Assembly: GCA_030295235.1 (NCBI GenBank)
Contig: AP026126.1
Coordinates: forward strand, 1,984,001 to 2,048,000
Origin: Fistulifera solaris
Lineage: Eukaryota
Length of the DNA: 64,000 bases
Direction: 5' to 3'
The position numbers and the translations under genes are program-made. This document shows positions 1 to 11,968 of this stretch, one piece after another; position 1 is the stretch's first letter; each line of letters starts with the position of its first letter. The notes beneath the pieces were generated by a model. It was not told the DNA's origin. It saw nothing but the letters and a program-made list of their open reading frames with translations, and made no database searches.

Positions 1-1676
1 AAGCATCGAAAGAAATTAGCGAAAGAGGAACAGCAGCGACAACAGCTGCTACGTGCATCCATTAGTCCTTCTAAATCGGTCACTACCAAAAGCCTGGATG
101 TGGTGCCCATGCGTGCTTCTCGTCGGATTCGTGGAGAAGATGTCGACGTACGACGATCGGGACGACAAGTGCGAAAGGCGGTGGATCGGTTTGTCGTTGA
201 TCATACCATTCCACAGTTTCTGACCAGCCCACTCAGCAAAAGTCGAAAGCGAACACACTCATCGTCGGGACAGCATTCTTTCCGCAGCGAAAGCTATGTG
301 CAGGTGACAGTCAAGCAGCCATCCGGTCACACGTTAGAATTAGAGGCCGATGCTGTTGTTTGTACGTTGCCTCTGGGTGTACTGAAACAAGAATCGTACG
401 AAGGAGGAGTAGTGTTTGATCCTCCTCTTCCACAGGAAAAACAGACTGCCATTCAAAGGTTGGGAACCGGCTTACTCAACAAATGTGCTTTATCGTTTGA
501 TAGGATCTATTGGCAAAATGTCGATTTCATTGGCTGGGCAGAGTCAGAGCAATCATCTTATCTTGTCCTAAATGGAGCAGCATATACAGGTGGGAAACCA
601 ATCTTGATCTTCATGTATGGTGGAAACTTTGCGAAAGATATCCAGGAATGGACAGACCAACAAATAGTTGAAGATTGTATGAAGGTTTTGCAGAAACTCT
701 GTGGCCGGCGCACAATCCCTCGTCCGCTAGATTATTGTGTGACAAGATGGGGTAAGGACCCGAGATCTCGTATGGCCTTTAGTTACATTCCACCTGGAGT
801 GGATGGTTTTGCTGAGCTAAGAAACATGAGCAAACCAGTCTACGGACAGAGTGAAAGTTTTGGTGAGGTACCCTTGTTGATGTTTGCTGGAGAGCACACA
901 ACTCCGTTCCATCCAAGCACCATACACGGGGCTTTCTTGTCAGGTATAAGGGAGGCGTATAGACTAGATAGTGTTGTTTGCGCCGACGCTTTCGAAAACT
1001 TTCAATTTTCCGAAGACGATCTTTATCAACATACCTTTACTATTGGAGAACATGAAAACGAGAATGGTGTCAATGACGTGGATGGCAATCAGGACGCCAG
1101 TGATAATTTTGCAACACATCAAGCTCGACCAGTATCATCGATGACAAACCGTGAACACATCACGACAGGTGGCTTCCATCGTCGAAGGGGAGCGTCGGGA
1201 GTTATGCGACTTAGCCGTCATGATGATATATCTTCCACCCCGATACTAACGGGAAACACGGTGAACACAGAGAGAACATTAAAAGCGAGGAGAAAGAACG
1301 GCCACAACGTCGATTACGAGCAGCTTTTGGTCTTGGTTCGCCGGTGTCTACGACTTCCGAAGCTAATCACGAAGAGAACCAAGCTCATGCCGCGGGTATC
1401 CGAGACTTGGAGGATAGGACATTGCTGAGAAGTTTAGAAAGCTATGGTGCAAATTTCGAATACATTCAAGAAGTTAGCCTTCCAGTTTACGGAGTTGAGA
1501 ACGACCGCAAGACGAATTTAACGCAAATTCAAGCCCGCTGTCATAAACTTGTAAAGTCTTCTCAGCTCCGAGCACCATCTCGTCCCCGACCTGCTATTAT
1601 GAAAAACTGGCTTGCAAAACCCGCTTTTACTTCCAAGGGGAAGCTTTGCGGCTCTACTACGAAAAAGACTCGATGA
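1..1676 (+). CDS. 3' part of a flavin-dependent amine oxidase (LSD1/KDM1- or polyamine-oxidase-like) with a C-terminal SANT/Myb-like segment; begins before the window; frameshift near 1330-1345
   Basis: Motifs ADAVVCTLPLGVLK, FDPPLP..K..AI.RLG.GLLNK, TRWGKDP.SRMAFSY and FAGEHT...HPSTIHGAFLSGIREA match the amine oxidase C-terminal region. Overlapping ORF 1344-1676 contains EDRTLLRSLESYGANFEYI...QIQARCHKL, which is SANT-like. Confidence 0.8.
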
Positions 1677-1875
1677 ATAAAACATGTTTGGAATGAAGTG
1701 CCACGCATTGTATTTAAAACATGCAGAATGCTGGGCTGCACACGATGTTGTTTTAACTTTTATTACTTTAAATGAACGAAATGCTCCTATGTATGTATAA
1801 TGATGTATCCACCGATTTAAATGTCTTTATGACCTGCGGTTGAACCCCAGCGCGACAGGAGGGATGACTCAAGCG

Positions 1876-2926
1876 TTATGATTCCTGTTGTTCTCCGAAG
1901 GCTTCGCGACCACTTTCCTCGACGACACTCCAGCGGCTTAACACAGCCATTATGACGCGTTCCCTGTCGTTTTTGGGTGCTTTTCGGTGGTGCACAAACT
2001 TTTCGAGTTGCTCCGCCGTCACGAGTGGATTGCCCCCACGGCAAGAGAGTATCACCACACGCCGACTAGCATCAAGCCAAAGCGACGTTGGGCAAGGTTC
2101 TCCGTACTCACAAGTCGGTACAGCAAAAATTTCCTTTCGTTCCTCACCATTCAATACGGAAATACCGAAATCGACTTGGCTGCTATCAGTTATATAAGAT
2201 CCATCTGAACGACTCGGATCTCGGCGCAAAGCAATTCCCATTAGCAGTTGATCATCATCATTTTTGGCGTGGTATTCCTGGTGGACCTTAACCGTCAGGG
2301 GGATGACATAATGCTCTCAAGGACAAATAACGTTTGCCGTGGCGGTGAACAGTTAGCGACCCAGGAAAAGAGCGATCCATGGCAACATGAATTAACATTG
2401 GACCGGGCCAGACTTTGTTTGCTAGCAAACGTAGCAGCTGCTGAGCTTCATTGAAAGCATGTGCTGCTAAAACTTCTCCGTCCTTGCTCTTAACGGCGTA
2501 GGGTCTTTTCGGAAAACATTGGCGCCAGAACGGTCCGTCTAATGCAGAAGGGAGAAGATAAACGTGTGGAACGTCAAAGCTCTCTTTCTTGATCTGACTA
2601 AGACTAACCATACTGTCGCTTTCGATCCCTGTTGCGCTACCATCACTGCTGAAACTGCAAACGCTTGTCGAGGATACCTGTCTCGGGTAGCAAATCTTAT
2701 CTTGTGTGGCCTGAGTGGATGACTGGCGAATGCTGTTCCCGAGCAAATCTTGTATGCTACTTGACCAGGAGTTCGGATTCTGCCAGTTGAGTTGAGCGAC
2801 AGCTTCGTACGTGCATTCCGTTGGAATAGCCACCGCTTGGCCTTCTAAAAGCTTGGCGACAACTTCCTCCATGCCGGATGTAGTTGGCTGAATAACAGTA
2901 GGTTGCGGGGTAGGACTTGCGGACAA
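1876..2926 (-). CDS. YrdC/Sua5-domain-like protein (degenerate); frameshift near 2290; probable upstream exon at 3191-3396
   Basis: VVAKLLEGQAVAIPTECTYE resembles G.VVAFPTETVYG; LANKVWPGPML resembles FWPGPLT; LSLRALCHP resembles IRVPDHP; VLNGE...CEYGEPCPTSLWLD resembles LDGG.C..G.STVID. ORF 3124-3396 has a GTATGT donor at 3190, but I could not resolve how it splices to the rest. Confidence 0.6.
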
Positions 2927-3694
2927 GGGTCGTTTGCTAGCTTCCAGAGGACCAGGATGGTCGATCTTGATGCGTTTCTGTGATTATAGAAAGGATCAAT
3001 TGTGTAAGAGAAGCTTTCGAAAAAGATGGTTTTAGCCAATAATCGTCGGATAGCGCGGACGCACTGAATCGGTAGAGTCGATGAGGTGCGTAAATCCCCG
3101 ATCATAAGAACTCGCACACTGAATTATCTTTGCTGCATCCTTAGCACGAAAGATATCGCACAACAACAAAAGCTGCATAATTTACATACCCGGTGATTCT
3201 GTAAAGAACGTCTCACTAAAACCTTTCGGCGTTTTCGACGAGCCGCTGCCGCAGCAGCCGCAGCTTGAGCTCGTTCATGGTCCTCTGACTCCAAGTCACT
3301 GGGGAGTGAGTAAAGACGTTTAGGGGAAGGAGAAGAAAATTGCGTTGCAACCGAAGAAGGCGCGTCATTCGTCAGCGGCGGCGACGCAACCTTCATAACT
3401 ATGATTAGTCCCTTGAGTCTTTATTCAATCTGTCGAAGCGAGGGCAAGAAGGATGAGGATAATCAACGTTGTGAAGCCTGTTGTATGTCGATTTGATATA
3501 ACAAGACAAGCAGCACAACCGAACCCGATTCTTACATCTGTTTCTCGATAGAAAATAACGGCGACGTGAGTTGAGCGGCACCAAAGTCCTGTGTAGCCGA
3601 CGCTACATCAAAGCTCGTGGCGCGTCCGCAATGGGTATCTACAAGATTTTCGATGGCTGTGAACGAGTTCTCTATTTTTTGCTACCAGGACGAC

Positions 3695-3963
3695 AGCTTC
3701 GACGAAAGGCCGTTCATTCTATGAAACAATAAGTAAGCAACCGCTGCCTACTTTGTATTTAGAACGAGATCTTTTGTAGATGACATCATCCGCAGCTTCG
3801 CGATGCTTCGACGAAAGGTCATTTTCTTAAGGTTACAGAATATTTTTGGTGGGGTACCAGTAGCCGTTCATTTAAGTAGGCAACCGCCACTTATTTAGAC
3901 ACAGATCTTTTGTACCGTAGTAGATGACATCATCCATCATCCCGAGCTTCGCGCTGCTTCGAG
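3695..3963. repeat. Imperfect local tandem duplication (two diverged copies of about 100-125 bp)
   Basis: The blocks gccgttcatt, taagta.gcaaccgc, tatttaga, agatcttttgta, gtagatgacatcatcc and agcttcgcg.tgcttcga occur in the same order at about 3709-3811 and about 3863-3962. Confidence 0.75.
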
Positions 3964-4246
3964 ATCTATCGTTGTTGTTTGTTGTCGGTTGGTGTCTCTG
4001 TCAAAATGTCATCATGAACAGATGTCATTGTGTCAACGAATCGACTCAATGACGATCGGTGTCCTTCATCTTGGCGATGACAAGCTTTTCGGCAGATCGA
4101 AAGAAAGAAAGGATGAAGAACGATGGTCTGGGTTGAATTTGTCAAGGACGAAACATAGTCGTGTCATTCGCTTTCCTCCTATACAATCAATTATGCTGCT
4201 TTTCTATTCGGTGAAAGTAATCTTTCGTACAAAACACGATACATAC

Positions 4247-5173
4247 TCAAACCCACTCCTTTTCAATGTCGTCTTGTAAAAGCAGTTGAAAGTCTTCGCT
4301 TCGCATGCTATTCAACAATGCTTCGATATTTCCCAGACTTGATTGTTGCTGAAGGACGAAGGATTGGCGATTGGGATCGATCAGCGGAGTGGGCTCAATG
4401 TCTAACAGGTGTCCGTCGCGTGACTCGTTGGAAGTGCTTCTTTGAAATTTAAGTCGGAAGAGAGGTTCTTCCGGTAGGCATTGGGCATCAAACTGTTGAG
4501 ACAAACCCATGCCTCCGAGCAACGCATCTCGTCGCAAGCATTGCTGAAAATCAGTGAAATGAGGGTGCGTGAAGTCGAAATGGTTCGGGTAACAGTTTTT
4601 GTATGCTGTTTCGTATCCTTGCAGCAGACTACCTCGGAAACTTTGAAAAGTATGCTTCAGCGGGTCCTCGTTCTCTCGGCAATGGTCTTCCAACTTCTTA
4701 TTCGATACGGGCTGGCGATGACCTCTTTTCATGTTGGCAGCGAAACGAAGAGCGTGACTGACCTTGTCGCGTGCGATAGCGTCCGATATCTGCTCCCACA
4801 TATCGTTGCCGTTCCACTTGACTCGCTTAATGAATCGGGTGTTGTATCGTTGCTTCATCACAGCAACGATGGTGCGAGTAATCTTCATTTTATCCTGTTT
4901 GGAGTGATTGCCCTTATATACTTCGACGAAGCTTTCGATCATTTCACGAAACCTTTGGTTACCTGGGTGGATCCCGTAGGTCTTATCTTTTCCGCAAAGG
5001 ACATCGTTCAAGGCGGGCTGCTCGAATGGTTCTGTATCAATGTCTTTTTTACTGCGAGCCTTGACATCTTCAATCCCTTCCATATGCCGCGCTCCCTTCA
5101 CAATCATTTTAATGTAATACAACGTGGTTATCCTGGAAGTGGCTTTTCTGTTTTTTATGAGCTTCCAAGTCAA
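4247..5173 (-). CDS. Diatom DUF6824-type domain protein (true start probably the Met of MIVKG or MEGIE)
   Basis: NDVLCGKDKTYGIHPGNQRFREMI...Y....K.DKMKITRTIV......RFIKR.....WEQISDAIARDKVSHALR matches the diatom-expanded DVL.GRG....H.GN..FR...RFL...W......AREKVSQALR consensus. Confidence 0.8.
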   Translation of the reverse strand: MTWKLIKNRKATSRITTLYYIKMIVKGARHMEGIEDVKARSKKDIDTEPFEQPALNDVLCGKDKTYGIHPGNQRFREMIESFVEVYKGNHSKQDKMKITRTIVAVMKQRYNTRFIKRVKWNGNDMWEQISDAIARDKVSHALRFAANMKRGHRQPVSNKKLEDHCRENEDPLKHTFQSFRGSLLQGYETAYKNCYPNHFDFTHPHFTDFQQCLRRDALLGGMGLSQQFDAQCLPEEPLFRLKFQRSTSNESRDGHLLDIEPTPLIDPNRQSFVLQQQSSLGNIEALLNSMRSEDFQLLLQDDIEKEWV

Positions 5174-5885
5174 TCATTGAACGGATCAGATGACAGAGCC
5201 GACGTACCCTGGTATGCCGACGCATGGCTCGAAACTCGAAAAGAGCTCAGGCAATCTTTTTAGACGTATTTCAGCTTTTGGCGGCGACCGTCTGGCGTGT
5301 CTTTACAGTTTCCTCGCAGTAAATGTGCATAGATGGCCAAACGTGCACTACAGAACTATCTAGGGTATTTCGTACATAAGAATTTTCAGATCTCGTACAT
5401 TAATGGCTTAAGAGAGATTGGAGAACGGCAGAAAGGAGAACTTTTTATTTTCAATATTTAAGGGTCATTTGTTCTTCATCACACATTCACTGTTTAAGAG
5501 TTAAGAGATATTTACCAGTTTTGAATCTTGAGTCTTGCTTCACAATGCTAAAGATGAAAGTGAAGAGATTCGAGATCAGACGTGCGTCGAGAGTCCCGAA
5601 TGAACTATTCTCTCGACATTTACAATTTACAATTAATTAACCCTTCTCTCAAAATTTGGTTCTGGGAACGACAAAGAAGAAGTTCGTAGAAGCCGTTGGT
5701 ATTGGGCACTGTGCGATGACCGATGACCTACTTTAATTTTTTTAGTGCGGAAATAGGAGCTAGGAACTAGACGTACGGCGTACTGCATTATTTATTTGGC
5801 ATTTGCCTTTCGACTTTCGACTATTGCCTACCTGGTATGCTTCGTGCTCGTTTCTTGTTGCATTCTTTTGTTTAACGTGGTAGGT

Positions 5886-6048
5886 GGTACCAGTACCAGG
5901 TACCGGTACGGTACCGGTAGTTCCTGGTACAAAGTATACCAGGGTAGGCTTGTTAATCGCGGATTCCCCAACAGGAAGAGAACGGAGGACTACAAAATAC
6001 AAGTACCGGTACCAGGTACCGGTACCGGTACTGTACAAGTACCAGGTA
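5886..6048. repeat. GTAC/GGTACC palindromic low-complexity cluster
   Basis: ggtaccagtaccaggtaccggtacggtaccggta (about 5886-5919) and gtaccggtaccaggtaccggtaccggtactgtacaagtaccaggta (about 6003-6048). Confidence 0.85.
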
Positions 6049-6951
6049 AAGCGTAAAACATAAGTTTTTATTCACCTCACGAATGAATCACGACTCACAC
6101 CTTACAGTTCACATTATTTCACATTTCACATCACAACGCGGACGTTGTTGTATTTTGTGAAATTTCATGTTTGTTTATAGTGTTGCGAGTTGCGATGCAC
6201 GATAGTAACTCGAGATCCAAAGTAGAAGAAGTGTTAATCCATTTGCGCAATTGCATTCATGGATCAGGATTTTTTCAACAAAACAATGTAAACTAATGCC
6301 AATGAAAATGCAAACGAACGTTAGATTTGCATTTCAAGGAAATTAGGAATAAATATTAGTATATGTGTTATCTAAAAAAAATTAATAAATCTAATTTCCT
6401 AAAGTCAGTATGAAATTTTCACATTCGACTGTTTTTCCATTTTTCTTCTTTATTTCTCACAAATATTTCAATCTGAGTGAGCTCCAGCTACTGCTAGCTG
6501 CTAGTAGAGGGCGACTCCTGAACCCGTTTCCCAATGAGGAGAGAATCATCACCGTGGTGCTCCTTCTATTTCTCTCGGATTCCGAAGAAGCATACTGGTA
6601 CTGACCCGTTTTGCATCATGTACCTTTGTTATCGTTTAATAAACCTAGAGAGCAAGATCATACAATTAGATTTACAATGCATCTTTTGAATACTGTACTT
6701 ACACAGCAAATAATCTTGAAACCAACATGGCCAAAACACAATACACCTGGTACAATACTGGTAGTTTACCTACTTACGCCGTGAATGAAGCTTAGCTTAG
6801 TGACTCGTGACTGCATTGAATTACTTCGAACCTTAGTCTACGATTGGCGACGTATCTACATTCATCGCAATCGCAACGATGAACATAGAACGGCTAGACT
6901 TTTATAGATGCAAACAAATGATAATGTGCAAATAATATTGAAAACTAGTCA

Positions 6952-8071
6952 ATGAAACACGAAAGAAGGCACTCCGTCTATTCACAGCACCCACCGGGAA
7001 GCGAAATTATCTTCCGTGTACCAGCTACGGACCTGACGTTCGTAGATCGACTCATCGTGTCCGTCAGCAGTCTTACGATTATAGGATCAGTTGTTTGGGT
7101 GCCGGCATGTATTGCATGGGCGTGGCGACGATGGAAGATAGTCAAAGATAAGCGACGAAAAGCTCTTTATGCAGCTTTAGCGATTGCCACGTCCATTCTT
7201 CTGGCCGTTGGGCCGCATCGGTCACCACATTTTGGGAAGACATTGCAAGTCAGGAAATGGCGACTCTGGCAAGCTTGGCTTAGATTTATTGCCATGGAAG
7301 TTATCTCTGATACAGCTAGCAACAAAAGATCGATAGATGTGAAAGAAGAAAAAGGCAATACTGGCTTTTGTGCCGCATGGTATTTTCCCTTTGCATTTGC
7401 CTTTGCGGCTCTGCCAGACATTGCTCAATCCGCCGCATTCGGTGTATTTCGTCCTGTGGTGGCTTCTGCAACCGCTCTATTTCCCATTGTTCGAGACTTC
7501 TTATCATGGTGTGCCGCTATGTAAGTTTCATATTATTATTTTCGGCGTTTTTATTGATCAGTCTCACATGTTTGAACAGCGACGCGAGCAAATCGTCCGT
7601 CGATAACGTTCTTTCTAAAGGCGAACGAATAGGAATCGTACCTGGAGGAATAGCAGAAATATTTGAAGGTTATCCGAAGCCGATGACCAGCCCCAACGAA
7701 GAGTACAGCATCGTACGAAAAGGATTTTTGCGCATGGCCATCAAACACAATTTACCAGTGATTCCTATTTACGCGTTTGGCGCAACCAAAATGATGAAGC
7801 GTCTCGATTTACCTCTCCTGGAAACTATATCGAGATGGCTCAGAATATCTATTGTACTTTTCTTTGGTGTTTGGGGGCTACCGATCCCTTTCCGGCAAAG
7901 ACTTTCGTATGTGATCGGACGACCGATCCAGCCGCCCAGCCATGGAAGCGGCGACGAGGAGCAAGTTCGAGCCATGCAAGATCTCTTTGTCAAGAACTAG
8001 AAAGAATATTCAACCGGCACAAAGAGGCATATGGATGGGGACACAAGACGCTAAAGCTTTTAAAACAGTAG
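6952..8071 (+). CDS. DGAT2: Type-2 diacylglycerol/monoacylglycerol acyltransferase; intron 7521-7579; frameshifts near 7350, 7390 and 7995
   Basis: N-terminal transmembrane segments, VPHGIFP (HPHG-equivalent, in a shifted frame), GIVPGGIAE, RKGFLRMAIKH.LPVIPIYAFG and GLPIPFR...VIGRPI. GTAAGT...AACAG intron. Confidence 0.85.
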
Positions 8072-8296
8072 CTTCTAAATTTCTATTAAAGTGGAATAAT
8101 AGCTTGATTTTAGCTCGACAAGTGAGGAAGATGCCAAATCGAAACTTGTGCACCATAGAATCATCTGTCGTAGTAGTATCGATGTTTAGCTTTTTGAATT
8201 CGAGGTAAGCTTGGCATGTTGTTGTGAGTTGTGAGTGGCCCGGCGTGATACTGAATAGGTTGTAGTGGACAGTGGACGCCGAAAAGTAGCGGGGTC

Positions 8297-9510
8297 TTAC
8301 ACTCGCATAGTGGAAATTCCAGCAGATGACATGTTAGTGACAGAGTTTGTCCTTTTCGCAACGAGTTCCATACTTTGGAAAAGACGCGAAAGGTCAATGA
8401 TGGATTCTTCGTAGTAACCAGTGTCTTCTTTTGAACAACGGTCTTCAATTAAATCCGGAGCTGTCAAAATACCATCGTCCAGCGGAATACTGTGCGGCGG
8501 TGCAGTGCTCCGATATATCATAACGCGGAATTCGAGAGAAACGCGAGTCGTATCAGTAGTATTTGCTAAATCGAAATGTATGCATCGAGACCCGTCAAAG
8601 ATGTAACCCAGTCCAGCGGATTTGGCTAGCAAAGGATGCCAGTCTTCACGTCCGGGATGAGATTCAACATAAAGGGCATTGGCTCCGAAAGAAGGTGTTA
8701 ACGGGACATGGAACTTTAGACAACCAATACTGTGTCCCGAGGCCAGATCACAGGTAGGCGAAAGAATTTGTGTGTGCGGTCCGGGTAGGTGAATGTGAAT
8801 TGTAGGGAAAGCCTGATATCGATAGACGATACATCCCGAAGAATTTGAGTTGACGTGTAGCATTCGCTTTGATATTGCCATTTCATGGAGGAGTGGTATG
8901 CAAAAGAATTCACGAAGTTTTCGTAAGCGGAATGAATGCGTTCTCTATTCACCGCTTGACTTAATTTGGATTGCAAATCCGAACATTGTTCTTCGCCATA
9001 TACCTTGTGAATATTAGCAAGATCGGTAACTCCTAATGTTGAAGCAACAATCTCATGGAGAGGATGGGTATGCGTATCAAAAAGAAACACTCTCTCTCCT
9101 CTAAAAGCATTGTAAGGCACGCCTATTGAACTTGCAATGGATGCGTGCACCGCAAACTGTTGTCGACTGAAACTCTTCTGCCTTGTATCTCGCGTCGACT
9201 TTAGAAACGGTTCCATGAGCTTTCTTAGACCAGAATCATGAAAATCTGGAGCTTGCAAGGCACCGTCTGTGTATTTCAAAATAGCTGCAGCAAAAGCAAG
9301 ACTGTCCTCATCGTTGGTGACAACACTTTGATCTGATTCCGAACTCGTCACGCAAGATGCAAATGAACCTTCGGAGAAGGTACTGAGGCCTTCCGATAAG
9401 CCAGCAAAGACAGACTTACTTCGGCTCATTCCAAGACCTCCCACGTTACTTTCTATTGATATTTGATTCATCGCGCCAATCCGATTCAAAGACTCTGAGC
9501 ACGTCGACAC
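8297..9510 (-). CDS. StrG-like / 2OG-Fe(II) oxygenase-superfamily protein; frameshift near 8900; both ends uncertain
   Basis: YRYQAFPTIHIHLPG...CDLASGHSIGCLKFHVPLTP...NALYVESHPGREDWHPL...FDGSRCIHF...NTTDTTRVSLEFRV matches the StrG-like pattern Q..PT.R...P...H.D...GH...NFW.PLT...N.L..ES.PG..DF...F.G..C.H...N.T..TRVS.DFR. Confidence 0.65.
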
Positions 9511-10502
9511 GAAGCCAAATGGAGTATATGCTTCTCTAGACGATGGATTCGTTGATTGAAAAGCTATTTAAAAGAGCTCCTGGATTGCTCTGGGTCATTT
9601 CGATGTTGAGGAAAGTGATTTTGCGGTGATGGCGATGCTGAAATAAGTTCAAAGAGTTTGTCAGGAGATGTCGAAAATCATCGAGAAAATGAAATGGCCA
9701 CCTTTCGTGATTTTTTTGTGCGCATCATCGCAGCCATCAGCCATCGCATCAACAATTGAGTGACGACTGGACGACAACAGTACGGAACACATCTGTCTGA
9801 CGGAAAATACTCGCGTTGGGCTTAAATTTTAGCAAAAAATAATGACGTCATGTCGAAAGAACATTGTTTTTCCGTGACTCACTCTCTTTGATAAAGTAGA
9901 GGTACATTGACTTTCCATCACTGACTGTAGGAGTGTCAACCTAATTTAAGCACCACATGAGCGGATACTTACAACATGATTGAGCAATAAGTTTGACCAA
10001 CAAAAAATACGGTCTGGTTTAAGCTCTCCATCTTTGCGTTTCGTGCAGGGCAGAGGGATCGACGTCATTCAAAGTCACAGCAATCGGTACCGGGTGCCGT
10101 ACTGGTACTCTCCTTTACCCTTGACTGAGTGTCCGTGACTCAATACAGAAACCCGGAAATTGATGGTTGAAGCAGATCATGTCGTGCTTCGATCTTGTTC
10201 TACGGAGTATAGGGCGAAGTGTAAAAATCCATCTGTGTCGCACGACTACTATGTCACATTTTTGCTTTGGATTGATTCTTCGTGCTCTGCACCCTGCACC
10301 TCAACTCAAACATCTGCCATGGCAATCCTCCATGGGATCTTAGCTGATTTGACGTTCAACTCAAATTTTAACTGCAGCTTTCTTTTCAAGCGCTGCACTT
10401 CGAAATTCGGTGCGGGCGGAACAATCACTCATTCTATCGACTCAAACGACGTATTTATTCTTTGATTGCCTCGTTTTGTTTTTGTTTGTTTGCTGAAGGG
10501 TC

Positions 10503-11788
10503 ATGTCTGGCCCTGTTGAAATACAATATCAAGGTGGACCTATGACGACCGTAAACCCCAATCAACCTGTCTTGCGACGTGCGACCTATGTTTCTGTAGC
10601 AGATTTGATAACCCCTTACAAAATCGAACCGGCTGCCCTCGATGAAGAACTCAACAGGCTCAAAGATCAGCAGCAAAAAAATCAATGAAGAACCGGAAGC
10701 GCTCCACCACGATGGAGTACCTACAGAACTCGATACTAGTTTGTCACAAAAACGGCTCCAGCCACCTCGTGGAGGCTTCAATTTGTGCTTGTAAGTAGTC
10801 GAAAAGAAAAACACAATCCTGCGCTCAATGCGGCCTCAATCATTCATTTTTTCAATGTCTTTCACAGACTTGTGGGCAGTGTCGAAGTTGTTGTGGACAA
10901 AAATCGCGTAGATGGCTCGCGTGTTCGATTGGCGGAAGTGTTGGTTGGAGATGAAACAGGTTGCGTCTCACTTCGTGCTCGAGATGAGCAGATTGATATT
11001 TTGAAAGAGGTTTCGCAGCGTTCGGGAGCCGTTGTCCTCCGGAATTGTACTTTAGAGCTATTTCAGGGGCGTCATATACGGCTGGCAGTCACCAAATGGG
11101 GAAAGTTGAGTGTTTATCCCGATCAGATCGCAAGCACCCCTGCACCCCCCTCCGAAAATGAACATGGATAGGAATTTTTCTATGATAGATCTGGTGCGAG
11201 TAGCATCCACTGGGAGTGAGCTAGTGAAAAGCAGTGACCAAGAGGAGCACCGCAACGAGCAAAGTCATCAACAAAGCATGGCAGGTCGAGGACATATGAA
11301 TCAGGGCCGTCGCGGAGGAGTAAACCGCCGAAATTCACCTCGTGGAGGCTCGTCTAGCGGATACTCTCCTCAGGGGGATGCTGCAGCAGCAGCATCTGCA
11401 ACAACAACTATACGCAGATGCCACTGCGCTTCAATACCCTCCACCAGGAGGCTTGCATGGTTACGGGACAAGGTATATGGACGGTGGAATGATGCAACAA
11501 TACCCTGGTCTCCACATGATGCAGCATCACGGTTATGATGCTTTACATACTCAAATGCCAATGTATCATGTATCACAAGGCCGCCATCATGCCGATGTGT
11601 CATCAGCCATGTCAGCTGGACCCTACCGACAAGACATGCACGGAAATATGCCGCAGTCATTCATGACTACTCCCGCTGCGCATTACTCTCGAGACCCTAA
11701 CGAAGCCAGAGCACATAACCATGATCCCACTTCGTCGCCAAGGATGAACCCTCGCGCTTCGACGTTTGATCCTGAACCCAAAAAGTGA
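10503..11788 (+). CDS. OB-fold nucleic-acid-binding protein with RGG/Q-rich tail and a terminal PAM2-like motif; intron 10791-10867; frameshifts near 10680, 11150 and 11370
   Basis: GFNLCL/LVGSVEVVVDKNRVDGSRVRLAEVLVGDETGCVSLRARDEQID...VVLRNCTLELFQGRHIRLAVTKWGKL is a single OB fold of the plant/protist SSB-like class. GTAAGT...CACAG intron. Confidence 0.75.
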
Positions 11789-11968
11789 GCGTGCAATTTG
11801 TTCGTGCGATGAGGCCTTAATCAATACAATTTTTTATGTTGAAAGCGACCGTTTTCCCAGACACATGCTAAGCGATTTTACTTAAATTTATACTTTTCAA
11901 AAATTGCCTCTAATTAATGATGTTGTTCACATTGCACGCAGCTCAAAAAATCTATTCCTTGTGTTTGG

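Noticed and set aside
4481..5263. 260-aa plus-strand ORF
   Set aside because: Antisense shadow of the DUF6824-type gene with no recognisable motif.
5760..6056. ORFs rich in GTGT/VPVP/YRY
   Set aside because: Translations of the GTACCG low-complexity DNA.
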